Assembly: GCA_963707025.1 (NCBI GenBank) | Contig: CAVPOM010000007.1 | Span: forward strand, 1-64,000 | Reading direction: 5' to 3' | Source of the DNA: an uncultured Verrucomicrobiae bacterium | GTDB lineage: Bacteria > Verrucomicrobiota > Verrucomicrobiia > Limisphaerales > Palsa-1400 | DNA: 64,000 nucleotides | In this document: piece by piece, positions 62,820-64,000 of the stretch | Position numbering within the stretch: the first letter of the stretch is position 1 | Layout of the letters: every line of letters starts with the position of its first letter | Notes under the pieces: generated by a model | Told to the model about the DNA's origin: nothing | What the model saw: only the letters and a program-made list of their open reading frames with translations | Database searches by the model: none | Translations under genes and position numbers: made by a program

Positions 62820-64000
62820 ATGAAAACGTGCATCAAACAATTGGTCCTTCTGCCCGCGCTGATGGCCGGTTTCGGCTTGGTGCTGGCCGGTCCGGCGACG
62901 GCGCAGACTTTGACGGACCTCTATAGTTTCACGGCAGTCTCTGGGACGCTTTCCACCAACAGCGACGGAGCTTATCCGAGTGCCGGATTAATTTTATCGG
63001 GCAACATCCTGTATGGAACGACACCGCATGGCGGCACGAATGGCAATGGCACGGTGTTCGCCGTCAATACCGATGGCACGGGCTTTACGGTCCTGCATAC
63101 TTTCACCGCGCTGGTTTCAGGAACGAATAGCGACGGAGCTAATCCGGCTGCCGGATTGCTACTAGAGGGCGGTGCCCTGTTTGGAACGGCACAGAATGGC
63201 GGCACGAATGGCAATGGCACGGTGTTCGGCCTCATCACCAATGGCTCTGTTTTCGCAAACCTGCATAGTTTCACGGCACTCTCTGCTCCTTTTGGTGGAA
63301 CCAACAGCGACGGGGCTAATCCGGCTGCCGGACTGATTTATATATCGGGCAACAACACCCTTTATGGGACAGCACAGAGTGGCGGCACGAATGGCAATGG
63401 CACGGTGTTTGCCATCAACATCTTCGGCACGGGCTTTACGGTCCTGCATACTTTCACCAACAGCCCTGACGGAGCGATTCCGCAGGGCGGATTGATTTTA
63501 TCGGGCAACAACGTCCTGTATGGGACGGCGGCTGATGGCGGCGCTGGGGACAATGGCACAGTGTTCGCCCTCAACCCCGATGGCACGGGTTTTACGAACC
63601 TGTATAGTTTCACAGCCTTATCTTCAGAGTATTTTAACAACCGCGACGGAGCCAATCCGTTTGCCGGAGTGGTTTTATCGGGCAACACCCTTTATGGGAC
63701 GACCCATTCTGCCGGCACCAACGGCGGCGGAACGGTATTCGCCGTCACCACCAATGGCACGGGTTTTACGAACCTGCATAGTTTCACCGGGGTCAGCGAC
63801 GGGGATAATCCGTATGCCGGATTGATTGTATCGGGCAGCACCCTGTTTGGGGTGGCGGGTAATGGCGGCGCGGGCTATGGCACGCTGTTCGCCGTCACCA
63901 CCAATGGCGCGGATTTTGCGACTCTGCATACTTTCACATATATTCCAGACGGAGGTTCTCCGCGCGGCGGATTGATTTTATCGGGCAACACCCTGTATGG
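62820..64000 (+). CDS. Secreted GloVer tandem-repeat (TIGR03803-like) protein, runs off the window (absent from the ORF track)
   Basis: MKTCIKQLVLLPALMAGFGLVLAGPATAQ, then repeats such as DGAYPSAGLILSGNILYGTTPHGGTNGNGTVFAVNTDGTGFTVLHTF. Confidence 0.9.
   Translation, partial: MKTCIKQLVLLPALMAGFGLVLAGPATAQTLTDLYSFTAVSGTLSTNSDGAYPSAGLILSGNILYGTTPHGGTNGNGTVFAVNTDGTGFTVLHTFTALVSGTNSDGANPAAGLLLEGGALFGTAQNGGTNGNGTVFGLITNGSVFANLHSFTALSAPFGGTNSDGANPAAGLIYISGNNTLYGTAQSGGTNGNGTVFAINIFGTGFTVLHTFTNSPDGAIPQGGLILSGNNVLYGTAADGGAGDNGTVFALNPDGTGFTNLYSFTALSSEYFNNRDGANPFAGVVLSGNTLYGTTHSAGTNGGGTVFAVTTNGTGFTNLHSFTGVSDGDNPYAGLIVSGSTLFGVAGNGGAGYGTLFAVTTNGADFATLHTFTYIPDGGSPRGGLILSGNTLY

Noticed and set aside
62940..64000. 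Regularly spaced DNA repeats (GGCGGCACGAATGGCAATGGCACGGTGTT) as CRISPR or DGR repeats
   Set aside because: They are in-frame coding repeats of the GloVer protein, and no reverse transcriptase is present.

Overview
GC-rich bacterial DNA whose gene families (delta-60 repeats, GloVer repeats, H-X9-DG prepilin-like protein, TIGR03790-like protein, Planctomycete-type cytochrome c domain) suggest Verrucomicrobia, probably Pedosphaera/Limisphaerales-like (inferred). About nine single-base indels split otherwise intact genes and look like assembly artefacts. Layout: (1) 1-9 kb, a probable decayed island with a ~2500-aa delta-60/Ig surface protein and an internally deleted integrase next to tRNA-Lys(CTT). 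(2) 10.3-26.8 kb, a rhamnoside-utilisation locus with no SusC/D: two GH78 enzymes, a ~1670-aa protein with four copies of an unassigned module, an H-X9-DG prepilin-like protein, and a two-component system whose sensor resembles the CBM67-like domain of the neighbouring GH78. A shared tandem palindromic operator lies upstream of two of these genes. (3) purB, a rhomboid protease, a TIGR03790-like protein and a hybrid kinase. (4) A probable porin-cytochrome operon (8-heme lipoprotein plus an MtrB/PioB-like porin fused to a monoheme cytochrome), divergent from an ECF sigma/anti-sigma pair. (5) A divergent paaK/iorAB/ACT/thioesterase cluster with an MFS transporter and a porin. (6) Tandem pilin-like paralogues, two kinases, a lactate permease, a glycerate kinase, tRNA-Val(CAC) and a GloVer-repeat gene. 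Four exported proteins share a C-terminal STN(L/V)..W...(F/Y)(Y/F)(R/Q) domain, and one MITE family occurs twice. No CRISPR array or rRNA was seen. All family assignments come from motifs recognised by eye, not from database searches.
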